Notes: a model not told the origin generated them from the letters alone. Shown: positions 26,177-37,954, counted from the first letter of the whole stretch. The stretch: 63,854 nucleotides of DNA, filler included, from Octopus bimaculoides (GCF_001194135.2; 4 parts of 4 records of this genome joined end to end with filler, not necessarily neighbours in it), one strand, 5' to 3'. Numbers and translations: made by a program.

Positions 26177-26446
26177 ACCGGCGATCTGAACGATGCGGTG
26201 TATTTTTGATACACAAATTTCTTTCAAAGATTTTTTCTGAGACAAAATATTACAGCTAGTGTCGTTTTAAGCTTATTAATGTTAAACACTAGTATCTTAT
26301 GCATACATACATACATGCATGCATACATACATACATACATGCATACATACATTCATACATACATACATACATACATACGTTAAAACAAATATATATATAT
26401 ATNNNNNNNNNNNNNNNNNNNNNNNNNNNNNNNNNNNNNNNNNNNN

Positions 26447-26458
26447 TTAATTAATTAA
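26447..26458. other. Assembly spacer TTAATTAATTAA inside a 100-bp gap (also 53475-53486, 61972-61983)
   Basis: All three are exactly 44 N + 12 nt + 44 N; the 12-mer carries stops in all six frames. Confidence 0.95.
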
Positions 26459-26502
26459 NNNNNNNNNNNNNNNNNNNNNNNNNNNNNNNNNNNNNNNNNN
26501 NN

Positions 26503-26668
26503 GCTAGCTAGTCTTGAGTGGTCGATCCTAACCCTAACCCTATCCCTAACCCTAACCCGCGTGTGCAAATGAATACGTGTTTAGGGTTAGGGTTAGGATC
26601 GACCACTCACGACTAGCTAGCGCGGACGCGCGACTGCGCGTTCGGGTCCGCGCTGCTTTAGTAGTACC
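26503..26668. repeat. Foldback element with outward-facing telomeric repeats
   Basis: 40-bp inverted arms 26503-26542 / 26582-26621 (1 mismatch) containing (CCCTAA)n and (TTAGGG)n; GC-rich hairpin 26620-26653; left end lost in the gap. Confidence 0.85.
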
Positions 26669-26962
26669 CCGAAAGTCTACAGAATTAAAAACATTGAATA
26701 TTTTCATTGTTTAATACTTACGGAAATGTTTCATAAAGGATAGGATTGTTATATACATGTGTGTGTGTTAGAACGTATTTTAAGTATAATAAGTGTATTA
26801 CCAGCTCAATAAGAATTGAAGCACGTGGAATTTAAGAGGGCATCAAGCAGGTAGCACGTTCAATACGCATGCGTGCCGCCTCTTCTGCAGTAACGACTAA
26901 TTATCTCCCTTAATGCAACGGTATAAATGCTGTTGATTTGTAGGTTTACACCACAGCAACAA

Positions 26963-27409
26963 CTAGCAAAGCACTCGGAGAGTGCAGACTTCCGCTAAGT
27001 ACCTCGTTTCCACCCATATACACGCATGCTGGAAATCGCCCGGATCTTTCTGATTTGACGGGTAACACTTTTCATTTATATTTTATGTAGTGTTTTTGGT
27101 ACCGAAACACTTTCAAACTTCGTATACTTGTATATTTTGTGTTATAGAACAGATAAAAATTTTTGTATTCGAAGTTATTTCATGTTGTCTTATTTCGATA
27201 ATTTCAACCAATCACTGACGTCTATTCAGTTGAATACAGTTACTGCTGTGGCGGTGTATATGGTATTAATCCCTAAGGGGAAAAAGTCATCAAAATACTT
27301 GAATATTGCCTGCACTTGTTATTGGAGCTGGCAGAATTATTAATGCACCTCCATTAAGTCCTGTCTGTATTTGCCAAGGGAAGTTATCTTTCCCATCTTG
27401 ATCTACGAT
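26963..27409 (-). mobile_element. Helitron/Helentron-type non-autonomous element, 3' end
   Basis: Minus strand ends ..GCACTC-TCC-GAGTGC-TTTG-CTAG|TT (hairpin then CTAG); the extent toward the gap is inferred. Confidence 0.5.
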
Positions 27410-28044
27410 NNNNNNNNNNNNNNNNNNNNNNNNNNNNNNNNNNNNNNNNNNNNNNNNNNNNNNNNNNNNNNNNNNNNNNNNNNNNNNNNNNNNNNNNNNN
27501 NNNNNNNNNNNNNNNNNNNNNNNNNNNNNNNNNNNNNNNNNNNNNNNNNNNNNNNNNNNNNNNNNNNNNNNNNNNNNNNNNNNNNNNNNNNNNNNNNNNN
27601 NNNNNNNNNNNNNNNNNNNNNNNNNNNNNNNNNNNNNNNNNNNNNNNNNNNNNNNNNNNNNNNNNNNNNNNNNNNNNNNNNNNNNNNNNNNNNNNNNNNN
27701 NNNNNNNNNNNNNNNNNNNNNNNNNNNNNNNNNNNNNNNNNNNNNNNNNNNNNNNNNNNNNNNNNNNNNNNNNNNNNNNNNNNNNNNNNNNNNNNNNNNN
27801 NNNNNNNNNNNNNNNNNNNNNNNNNNNNNNNNNNNNNNNNNNNNNNNNNNNNNNNNNNNNNNNNNNNNNNNNNNNNNNNNNNNNNNNNNNNNNNNNNNNN
27901 NNNNNNNNNNNNNNNNNNNNNNNNNNNNNNNNNNNNNNNNNNNNNNNNNNNNNNNNNNNNNNNNNNNNNNNNNNNNNNNNNNNNNNNNNNNNNNNNNNNN
28001 NNNNNNNNNNNNNNNNNNNNNNNNNNNNNNNNNNNNNNNNNNNN

Positions 28045-28083
<39 letters not shown>

Positions 28084-28100
28084 ATGTATGTATATATATA

Positions 28101-29953
28101 GGGATGTGACAAACACCTAGACGCATACATAGAGACAATCTCCAAATTCCCTCTCAACATGCATAAATGCAAACAGAACCTCTGCAGAGGAGAACAAGCC
28201 TTACAAATACTAAAAAAACGACACATCGATCATTTTAAAAGAAGCTGACAAAGGTGGAGCAATAGTAATTATGGATACAGATTACTACAAAGAAAAGATA
28301 CTGGAGATACTTAATAACCAGACATACCACAAAGAGGAATCAACACAACCGGAGAAAGCAACAATAAAAAAAATTGGAACATTGATCAATGAATACCAGA
28401 AATCCTTTACAGACAAGGAGAAAGACTATTTATGCAACTCAAGAACTAAAGAAAGCAATTTTTATGGATTACCTAAAATTCATAAAAGCTCTGAAATACA
28501 GAGAGCCATAAACGAACAGAGGAACCATTATATAAGAATACAAAGGCTTGCAGACCTCACAATGAGACCCATAGTTGCAGAACCCCAAGCATCACCACAA
28601 CAACTAAGCAACTTCATAGATGTACTCTTCAAGCCTTTATGCCTACTGATACCAAACTACATAAGGGATGACATAGACTTCCTCACACACATTCCAAATA
28701 TGGTTCCGAAAAACACCATACTTGCAAGCTTCGATGTCACAAACTTATACACGAACATACACACACCCTGGGTCTGGAAGCGATAAAATACTGGGTAGAA
28801 AAATACAGAGAACTCATAGATAAACGTTTCAAAACAGACTTTATCCCCAAAGCCACCCAATTAATACTTGAAAAAAATACATTTTCATTTAAGAACAAGT
28901 CATACCGACAGATAAATGGCACGGCTATAGGTAAGAAATTCGCACCTTCATATGCCAACCTAGTGATGGGTTTCCTTGAGAACAAACTATTCGATGAAAT
29001 AGGAAACGTCTTCGAACACAACTTCAGAGAAGACATCAAGAAAAAGTGGAAACGCTACCTCGATAACTGTTTCATTTTTTTGGAACAGATCAGAAGATCT
29101 ACGAACATTCCACAACAGCCTCAACACACTGCACCCATCTATTCACTTCACAATAGATACCAACTACAGCGACTTTCCCTTCCTAGACATCAACATCAAG
29201 ATACACAACTCCATCGTCACAACAGACATCTACTACAAAAGAACCGACACACGCCAATATTTAAATTTCTACTCCTGCCACCCATCCCACATAAAAAGAA
29301 ACATTCCATATAGTATGGCAAGACGCATATGCAGCATAGTGACCGACTCACAAACATGTCAAATTAGACTAGACGAACTTAAAAGCTTCCTACTAGAACA
29401 AAAACGCCCACTTACCTTAATAAAAAACGGAATCTCAAGAGCAATGAAACTGGACATCACACAACTCAGAACTTCAAAAAAGAAAAACAAAGAAAACATC
29501 ATCCCTTTTATAAACACACACAACCCCGGAATCACCAACATGTTTCACATTATACATTCAAACTTACCAATAGTCCTACAAAGCCCCAAAATAGGAAACC
29601 TACTAAACAAATATTGCATAAAAACAGTAAACGCCAAGAGAAAAACTTGAAGAAACACCTAACAAGAGCAACATTCTCATCAAAGAATAAAACCGAATTC
29701 TTCGTAAAAGAGTGTGAAGATGGTAGATGTGGAACCTGCAGTAACCCTATCTACAAATATATAGAAGGGAACAAAGAAATAAAATTTAAGAGTGGTTACA
29801 CATTCAAAGTAAATGAAGACATGAATTGCCAGACGCTGAACGTAATATACTGCATAACCTGCTCCACATGCAAGGAGAATTATATAGGCGAAACTGGAAA
29901 TTCTTTATGCCAACGAGTCAGAATGCACCGACAACATGTCCGACAACATGTCC
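28101..29953 (+). mobile_element. Penelope-like element, Neptune-like (RT + GIY-YIG), frameshifted and truncated
   Basis: ADKGGAIVIMD, FYGLPKIHK, MRPIVA, SFDVTNLYTNI, GTAIGKKFAPSYANL, KRYLDN, LPFLDI, YSCHPSH, VIYCITCSTCKENYIGETG. Confidence 0.92.
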
Positions 29954-29957
29954 CTTT

Positions 29958-30843
29958 GGATTAGCCATAAGTATAACTGCAAATTTACGCAGTTTGATAT
30001 TATTAATTTTTAACCATCAATATCCAGACCTTTGCTACTGAAAGCATTAGAATTCGCCAAACAGTATGTCAACATCGATAGCTCGGAAATAGATATTATC
30101 ATACATGCAAGAAAATCACTTCTTTTTTATGATGATTAAAAAGAGTGATGATTCTCTTTTCGATGTACCGATGGGGGCATACGACGGGGCTGAGCTATGT
30201 ACGCTTATAGGAGCTTATATTTTGCACAATCTGAAGCTAGAATTCCNNNNNNNNNNNNNNNNNNNNNNNNNNNNNNNNNNNNNNNNNNNNNNNNNNNNNN
30301 NNNNNNNNNNNNNNNNNNNNNNNNNNNNNNNNNNNNNNNNNNNNNNNNNNNNNNNNNNNNNNNNNNNNNNNNNNNNNNNNGTTCATAGACGCAGGATTGT
30401 ATAGGGATGACGGCCATAATTTAAACGGCCATGAATTAGATAAACTTAGGAAGGATCTAATTGCTTTCTTCTAAAGGATAGGCTTGCGGATTACAATAGA
30501 TACTAACCTCAAAAAAGTAGATTTCTTCGATGTAAATTTAGACTTGAAGTCAGATAAATTCAAACCTTACCGTAAGCCTAATGATAAAATATCTTGTATT
30601 AGCAAAGAATCCAGCCATCCGCCAGTTATTCTTAGAAACTTAGTTCGTAACGTAGGTAGGCGAATATCCTCGATTTCTTCGGATGAGGCAACATTCCAAG
30701 ACGCAGCAGCTTATTATAATAGTGCTTTAAGGAATAGTGGATTCTCTGAGAAGGTCCAGTACACTCAATTTAATGCTAACAACAACATAACACGTAGAAC
30801 TAGGACTAGGAAAGTTTTGTGGTTCAACCCAGCTCTCAATATG
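29958..30843 (+). mobile_element. Penelope-like element, Nematis-like, internal RT fragment
   Basis: FDVPMGAYDGAELCTLIG, KVDFFDVNLDL, SSHPP, VLWFNPA; collinear with 50941-51720. Confidence 0.9.
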
Positions 30844-30994
30844 TAAATTTGTAATATGTTGTAATTTGTTACAATATTTTACGAGACATCTGATNNNNNN
30901 NNNNNNNNNNNNNNNNNNNNNNNNNNNNNNNNNNNNNNNNNNNNNNNNNNNNNNNNNNNNNNNNNNNNNNNNNNNNNNNNNNNNNNNNNNNNNN

Positions 30995-31821
30995 TTTGTA
31001 GGTAGGCATTGATCTTGGGCTGCTATGATAAAGCCCTCTGTTTCCGATTTCAAGCCAGAGGCCATTAGCCATTGATAGCTAAGGGTTTTGTCAATATCTG
31101 TATTATTCGCTCTCTTTGGGTATTTGCCATTGAGAGGTTTTCCATGCCATTTATCAGTCATAATATCTAAGGCAGCAATTTTAGCGCGGGTTTTCAAGCG
31201 CTTAGCTTTTTCTGCCGATGTTTCTAGTTCGTATAATTCTTGAATTTGTTGTAATTGGAATTCACTTAGATATTCCTTTGCCTGTTTTCTTACTGAGTAA
31301 GATGCTTTCTTGTTTTCATGTTTTGAGACAAGTTTTAGCATCCAGTCCTCAGAGTTTTTCAGATAGGTGTCTAGGCCAATTGTGGCTACCTTCATTGTTA
31401 ATGCCAGCTGTAAAAGTCCACGGCCTCCCTCTTTTCTTGGCAGATAAAGACGTTCTATATCTGCCTTAGGGTGGTGCATTCTATGCCTTGTCAACAGTTT
31501 TCGTATTTTTCTATCAACCTTACATATTTCAGTAATTGACCAGTTAACGATATTGAAACTGTAAGTCACAACTGCTATGGCTAGAGCATTGATCGCTTCG
31601 ATCCTGTGTCTTGCGTTTAGCTTTGTCTTCAGTATTGCTCTCACCTTGCGATAACATTCTCTTCTGATCCTTTCCCTCATTACTGAATGCTTGATATTGT
31701 CCCCTTTAATTACCCCTAGGTATTTGTAGCTCTCTGCTGGTTCTAACTCTTTTATGGCATTTTGCTTGTCAAGGTTCACATTAGATGTTTTTGTCATTTT
31801 TCCTTTGATAAAGGTAGCTGC

Positions 31822-31824
<3 letters not shown>
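30995..31824 (-). mobile_element. R4/Dong-like non-LTR fragment (thumb to pre-CCHC region)
   Basis: YKYLGV, INALAIAVVTYSF, MHHPKADIERLYLPRKEGGRGL, LKSETEGFIIAAQDQCLPT; 5' end abuts (TAA)n on its sense strand. Confidence 0.9.
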
Positions 31825-31878
<54 letters not shown>

Positions 31879-31909
31879 TATTACTATTATTATTATTATA
31901 ATTATCAGT

Positions 31910-31992
31910 AACGGCGTTGATATGGCAGAATAGTTAGCATGCCAGGAGAAATGCTTACGGGTGTTTTGTCTGAAGTTATATTCTGACTTCAA
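31910..31992 (+). mobile_element. SINE family 2 head
   Basis: TGGCAGAATAGTTAGCATGCCAGGAGAAATGCTTA..TTCTGACTTCAA; runs into a gap. Confidence 0.65.
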
Positions 31993-32649
31993 NNNNNNNN
32001 NNNNNNNNNNNNNNNNNNNNNNNNNNNNNNNNNNNNNNNNNNNNNNNNNNNNNNNNNNNNNNNNNNNNNNNNNNNNNNNNNNNNNNNNNNNNNNNNNNNN
32101 NNNNNNNNNNNNNNNNNNNNNNNNNNNNNNNNNNNNNNNNNNNNNNNNNNNNNNNNNNNNNNNNNNNNNNNNNNNNNNNNNNNNNNNNNNNNNNNNNNNN
32201 NNNNNNNNNNNNNNNNNNNNNNNNNNNNNNNNNNNNNNNNNNNNNNNNNNNNNNNNNNNNNNNNNNNNNNNNNNNNNNNNNNNNNNNNNNNNNNNNNNNN
32301 NNNNNNNNNNNNNNNNNNNNNNNNNNNNNNNNNNNNNNNNNNNNNNNNNNNNNNNNNNNNNNNNNNNNNNNNNNNNNNNNNNNNNNNNNNNNNNNNNNNN
32401 NNNNNNNNNNNNNNNNNNNNNNNNNNNNNNNNNNNNNNNNNNNNNNNNNNNNNNNNNNNNNNNNNNNNNNNNNNNNNNNNNNNNNNNNNNNNNNNNNNNN
32501 NNNNNNNNNNNNNNNNNNNNNNNNNNNNNNNNNNNNNNNNNNNNNNNNNNNNNNNNNNNNNNNNNNNNNNNNNNNNNNNNNNNNNNNNNNNNNNNNNNNN
32601 NNNNNNNNNNNNNNNNNNNNNNNNNNNNNNNNNNNNNNNNNNNTATATA

Positions 32650-33005
32650 TATATATATATATATACTTCTTTCTTTCCACTCTTCTTTTTTTGTTTCCCC
32701 TCTCTCACATTTCCTGGCTTTCTCTTCATCCTCACCTTCACTCCTCTTTCACTCACTCTGTCCCTTTTCGTTTTCCTCGTCCCTCCCGTATTCTTCTATT
32801 CATCTTCCTCTACCTCTCCCTCTCTTCTCTCTCCACCTGACCACTGTTCGGCCAAGCTTGACCTTTCTTTCTTGGTTCGACTACCATCCGTGCAACATCT
32901 ATATTCCTCCCTATGCCTGTTATCTCTTATGTCCCTGCCGTAACGCATCACTTCCACAAACACCATCTTAAGTTAATTCATCCTTAGTCAAAAGACACCT
33001 GTTGT
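32650..33005 (+). repeat. CT-rich interspersed repeat homologous to 25175-25460
   Basis: Shared CTTTCTTTCTTGGT, TTATCTC..TATGT.CCTGCC and AAAGACACCTGTT blocks. Confidence 0.6.
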
Positions 33006-33109
33006 ATATGTCCTTTATTTGCATATATGTATGTATGTGTGCGTGTGTGTGTGGTGGTGGGGGGGGAGATAGCCAAAAGCAACAGGAAACGTCCTCAGTG
33101 ATACAAACG

Positions 33110-33820
33110 TCTTGTAGTTCAGTCTACCCACCGTCGGTGTCCAGGGGAGAGGTACTGCAACATGGTGCTTCTTAGTTTTGTAATGCTTCTCCTCTGTTCG
33201 TTGATTCTTGCGATGGCTGAAACGAAGTAACAACGTGCTTTCGTGAAATTCTGTCTTCTGATTGGAAAAACAGTTGTCATGCTTCAAACTGCTTACAAGG
33301 ACGGTGAGATGAGCAAAACACACTTTGTGAGTGGTTTTCACGCTTTAGGAGTGGTTTCTGGTCGCTTAAAGACCAATCAGGACAGCATTTAACCTATCGA
33401 ACGAATGAAAACTTGAAGGACCATCATCAACGAATTTTCAGCATAGAACTGCGAAGGAAAAGAGTTGCCGCATAATTTGTGCCTCGGTTGCTCACAGATG
33501 ATCAAAAGCAATCAGGATTGAATGCATATCAAGAACTGAAGGATGAGTTTGAACTTGTTGCGGACCTTTTACGAAGGTCTTAGCTGGTGATGAAAGCTCC
33601 TGCTATGGAATTTGCACTTGTGGAAGAAGGGGCGGGTAGAAAAAAAACGACGGTGGCGTTAAAAGGCATCACATTACAAGTGTTCCAGCACTTCTTCGAA
33701 CAGTTGAAAACGCACCTGAACCAATGAAGAATAAATTGAAGGCCAAAAAGTGTAAACATGTATAACTAAATACATAAAATAAATTGCAAAATTCCGGTTT
33801 CTTTTGAGTACTTCATCGTA
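33110..33820 (+). mobile_element. Internally deleted mariner remnant
   Basis: KFCLLIGK, TAYKDGEMSK, FVPRLLTDDQK, AGDES; right end ..TTCCGGTTTCTTTTGAGTACTTCATCG|TA resembles a mariner TIR. Confidence 0.7.
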
Positions 33821-33855
33821 TTTTTTGCAAAACCACCTACTTAATAATAATAATC

Positions 33856-33894
<39 letters not shown>

Positions 33895-33896
<2 letters not shown>

Positions 33897-34043
33897 TTTT
33901 ATTAGGGTTACAAAGCTTGAAATTTTGAGGAAGGAGATTATTCGATTTTATCAACCACCAGTATTTCACAGGTACTTAATTTATTATCCAGAAAGGGATG
34001 ACATACGCAATCGACCTCTGCTGAATTTGAACTCAGAACGTAA
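33895..34043 (-). mobile_element. SINE family 2 fragment
   Basis: TGAATTTGAACTCAGAACGTAA shared with the 2071-2273 copy. Confidence 0.7.
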
Positions 34044-34477
34044 AAGATGGACTACAGCAAATATTCTGCTCAATACCACAGATTTGTTTGTCAGTTGCTT
34101 GACCTTAACCAGTTGAGTGTGTCCGTTAGTGGCTGACGATATGTGCATCTCTGATCATGAACAGAAGTAGTGGAGGAGCATCATAGCCATGTGTTGTGAG
34201 AAAGTTTTGGGGGTTTGGATAATTCTCCTTTTTAACCATGGGTGTTTTGTTCATCATCCTTTAAAAAACCCTTATTCAGGGACCTTTTGAGCGGGACGGG
34301 CTACTCGGCCTGAAAAAAATTCTTACTCGGTCCCTCCTGGAAACTCGTGCGCTGATTATCTTTATATATGCGATGGGTGTACCGGGTGTACCCTTATCAG
34401 ACGGGTAGTCATGATGGGATTACTGGGTTTCGTATATTTTACCCCAGTGTCACTCTGATGGCATGCACTGCTCTTTC
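34041..34477 (+). repeat. Unclassified non-coding repeat ending at an (AGT)n tract
   Basis: Collinear with 39818-40233; no ORF. Confidence 0.8.
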
Positions 34478-34513
34478 AATAAGTAGTAGTAGTAGTAGTA
34501 GTAGGAGGAGATC

Positions 34514-35107
34514 GACAAGAAACAATAAATCATATTATCTCTGGCTGCCCAGTCCTGGCTAAGAAGGAATATATTCACAGACACGACAGAGCTGGGACCT
34601 ATATACACTGGAAGCTATGCCAACATTATGGAATAACAACAGAAAAAAGATGGTATAAACACACGCCAGAAAAGGTCACAGAAAACGAGAAAGCAGCCAT
34701 ACTCTGGGATATGCCAATACACACAGATAGAGAAATTAAGGCAAATAGACCAGATATAGTTGTCAAAGATCATGAAGAAAAAAAATGCTTTCTAATTGAT
34801 GTATCANNNNNNNNNNNNNNNNNNNNNNNNNNNNNNNNNNNNNNNNNNNNNNNNNNNNNNNNNNNNNNNNNNNNNNNNNNNNNNNNNNNNNNNNNNNNNN
34901 NNNNNNNNNNNNNNNNNNNNNNNNNNNNNNNNNNNNNNNNNNNNNNNNNNNNNNNNNNNNNNNNNNNNNNNNNNNNNNNNNNNNNNNNNNNNNNNNNNNN
35001 NNNNNNNNNNNNNNNNNNNNNNNNNNNNNNNNNNNNNNNNNNNNNNNNNNNNNNNNNNNNNNNNNNNNNNNNNNNNNNNNNNNNNNNNNNNNNNNNNNAC
35101 TACTGAA
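34514..35107 (+). mobile_element. R4/Dong-like non-LTR 3' fragment (family A)
   Basis: ETINHIISGCPVLAKKEYIHRHD..ILWDMPIHTDREIKANRPDIVVKDHEEKKCFLIDVS (PD-x14-D); ends ACTACTGAA(TAA)n. Confidence 0.9.
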
Positions 35108-35137
35108 TAATAATAATAATAATAAGAAGAAGAAGAA

Positions 35138-35460
35138 GAACCGAACAGCTACGAGGATTGAAATGGAAAATACGAAGGTTGTGGAGAATGAGGAGAGTAG
35201 AGACATGATACCAATAGTAAATGGCATACTTGGAAGTATCAGCAGTCGACTACCAACATGGCCAAGAAAGATTGGTACAAATGTAAAGATAGAACACCTA
35301 AAAAGTCATCATTGGTTGGAATCTGCAAGAAGTCTTTGCAGTGTTCTTGAAGCATGACCAGGAAAATCAGTGTCCCCTTAAATCTGCTGGATGTGGACAA
35401 CTGGCACTTTCCAACATACCAAACAGTGAGTTTTCATCAAATATTAATGATAACAAAAAC
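35138..35460 (+). mobile_element. R4/Dong-like 3' end (family E)
   Basis: MIPIVNGILGSIS..VEHLK..SVLEA plus a 3' UTR similar to 37430-37515; AAT-rich tracts on both sides. Confidence 0.7.
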
Positions 35461-35511
35461 AACTAATAGTAATAATAATAATAATAACTCTCTCTCTCTC
35501 TCTCACAGACA

Positions 35512-35680
35512 CAAGGCTTGAGGTTTTGTGGGTGGGGAACAGTGTATTACATGGACCTCGCTGTTTCATTGTTACTTATTCTATCGACACCGAATGGACG
35601 AAATGCAAAATGTACCCCCAGAAGAATCTGAACTCAGAACTAAAGAAGAATGAGATGACGCTAAGCATTTTGCCCAAAAG
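35512..35680 (-). mobile_element. SINE family 2 (diverged)
   Basis: GAACTCAGAAC..GCTAAGCATTTTGCCC. Confidence 0.6.
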
Positions 35681-36144
35681 AAATCCAAAAGAAATTGGTA
35701 AAGAATGATTAGTTTAGCAGTTACAAGATGTTTGCCTCCTTGTCACAGCTAAAATCATTAGCAAAATACCAGATAGTTGAAAAGAACAGATAGCTTGTTA
35801 CTGTAAGCAGGCAAACATTTTGTAACAGATCTGCCGGTTATACTAATTCTATATATAATATTTAATTCTGTCTACATGTGTGAAATGTATTGTTGATACA
35901 TATACAGAACAAGTCTTCAGTTTCTCAAATATAACATCTGAACGCAGTTACTATCTTTTACAGGTTCCAGATGTGAAAGTAGAGGATATCAAATTGTTCC
36001 AAATGGTAATTATATTTTCCAAAACTTCTTTAATGTTAAACTAGTTGGTATTATTTATTCCCACTTGCTGAAAACTCTAACCTTGTATATATTTCGACCT
36101 TCTTTGATCTCGCCAAATGATGGACGCTCAAATATTACCGAATA

Positions 36145-37515
36145 GAGATTTGCTTAAACACACTGAAACTGAAAGCTACATGTACCTTGGTGTACTAGAG
36201 TTCAAAGACATAATGGAGTAGGAAATGAAAGAGTAACTGAGAATGGAATATTTCCGAAGACTAAGATTAGCGTTGCGCACAAAATTCATCGGATGGAATA
36301 AAATCCAAACAGTTAATAAAAATCCGAACGGTTAATACAAACGAACACATCTCTCCGGTGTGGAGCTGGAATTAGAAAATGGCAAGAGAGAAGTGATGGA
36401 AATGGATACGAAGACAAGAATATTGTTGACAGTACATAGAGAAATCCACCCTAAGAGTAACACCGATATGCTGTACTTGTCCAGAAGAAAGGATGGAAGC
36501 GGTCTGATCAGTTGGTAGGGCTGTAACGGAGAAGAGGAAAACAACTTAAAGTAGTATATAAAACCTGTGGTGGCGCCATTGTTGAAACATGCAAGGAAGG
36601 TCGGCGTCATCGAAACTAAGAATTGTGAAATGAAAGAATTTAAAGAAAAGATGAGCGCAAAATGACTCAGCCTAGAAGAAAAATATAGGGTCAGTTTGCA
36701 AGAGATGCGAACGTCAAGACAGAAACAGAGGACCGGTGGCTATGGGTGAGGTGGAGTGACCTGAAGAAAGAGCCAGAAGCATTCCTATATTCAGCACAAA
36801 GAACAATCGTTAAGGAACAACAATGTGAATTGCAAAATAGACATTACCGACAGCGACAAATGCAGAACGTGTTGTGAGAGAGGTGAAACGATATGGCACA
36901 TCGCTAAAGAATACCTGAAATTGGCATAATGCAAATACAAACGACAACATGAAAATGTTGCAAGAATGATCCATTGGAAGCTCTGTGGAAATCACAGCTT
37001 ACAAAGATCGAATAAGTGGTAAGGGCAAACCGCAGGAGTCACCGAGATTGGGAATTGCAAAATTCTGTGGGATGCAATAATTCCCTAGTGCAATTACCTG
37101 ACGAGACATCGGAAACCGGACACTGTTGTGATGAATAAAAAAGAAAGATGTATGATAACCGACGTAGCATGTCCCGATGACAAAATAGGTTGAATGTGAT
37201 AGAAGAATAAAAAATAAACAGCTATGAGCATTTGAATAGGAAATACAAATGTTGTAGTCGATGAAGAAAGTAACGTGATACCAATAGTAATTGGTGAACT
37301 TGGAAGTATCAGCACTCAACTACAAACATGGCTAAAAAAGACTGATGCAAGTGTGAAGGTAGAAGACCTATAAAAATCAGAATGACTTGGTAATGCAAGA
37401 AATTTCCAGAAGGCTCTTACAGCACGACCAGTAAACAAATGTCACCTTAGTCCGCTGGCTGTGGACAGGTGAAATTTTAAATCATACCCCCCAAAAAAGC
37501 TGTGAGATTTCATTA
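36145..37515 (+). mobile_element. R4/Dong-like non-LTR, degenerate 3' 1.4 kb (family E)
   Basis: SYMYLGVLE, HPKSNTDMLYLSRRKDGSGLI, KCRTCCERGETIWHI, KPDTVV, IPIVIGELGS; ends in (GAT)n(AAT)n. Confidence 0.8.
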
Positions 37516-37555
37516 CATAATGATGATGATGATAATAATAATAATAATAATAATA

Positions 37556-37922
37556 AAGGTAACTCGAATGTGGAATCTAAAATCAGAAACAATTCCTATC
37601 ATAGTAGGTGCCTTAGGTATAATAAAAAAATATTCAGACAAATACATAACAAAGACACCAGGACTTACAAATATATATAACATACAGAAATTGCACTACT
37701 GGGTACTGCACACATTCTACGCAAAACACTTCAATACAGTAANNNNNNNNNNATATATAACATACAGAAATTGCACTACTGGGTACTGCACACATTCTAC
37801 GCAAAACACTTCAATACAGTAAACATAAGAGCACCACAGCAAACCACAGCACATACCCAAGGCGCACAGAGCTGCGCTCGGTAGTGAAGTGAAAGCACGT
37901 TATAAAAATAAAACTACTGAAC
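37556..37922 (+). mobile_element. R4/Dong-like 3' end (family A), 70 bp duplicated around a 10-N gap
   Basis: VTRMWNLKSETIPIIVGALG; 3' UTR identical in structure to 40287-40500 and 45911-46218. Confidence 0.9.
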
Positions 37923-37954
37923 AATAATAATGATAATTATAATAGCAATAATTT

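Noticed and set aside
26526-26597. Ancestral telomere-telomere fusion site
   Set aside because: Order is CCCTAA then TTAGGG, opposite to a fusion, and the repeats sit inside unique inverted arms.
34133-34175. CTGACGA in the orphan repeat (also about 39911) as a hammerhead core
   Set aside because: No stem II followed by GAAA and no stem III or cleavage triplet.
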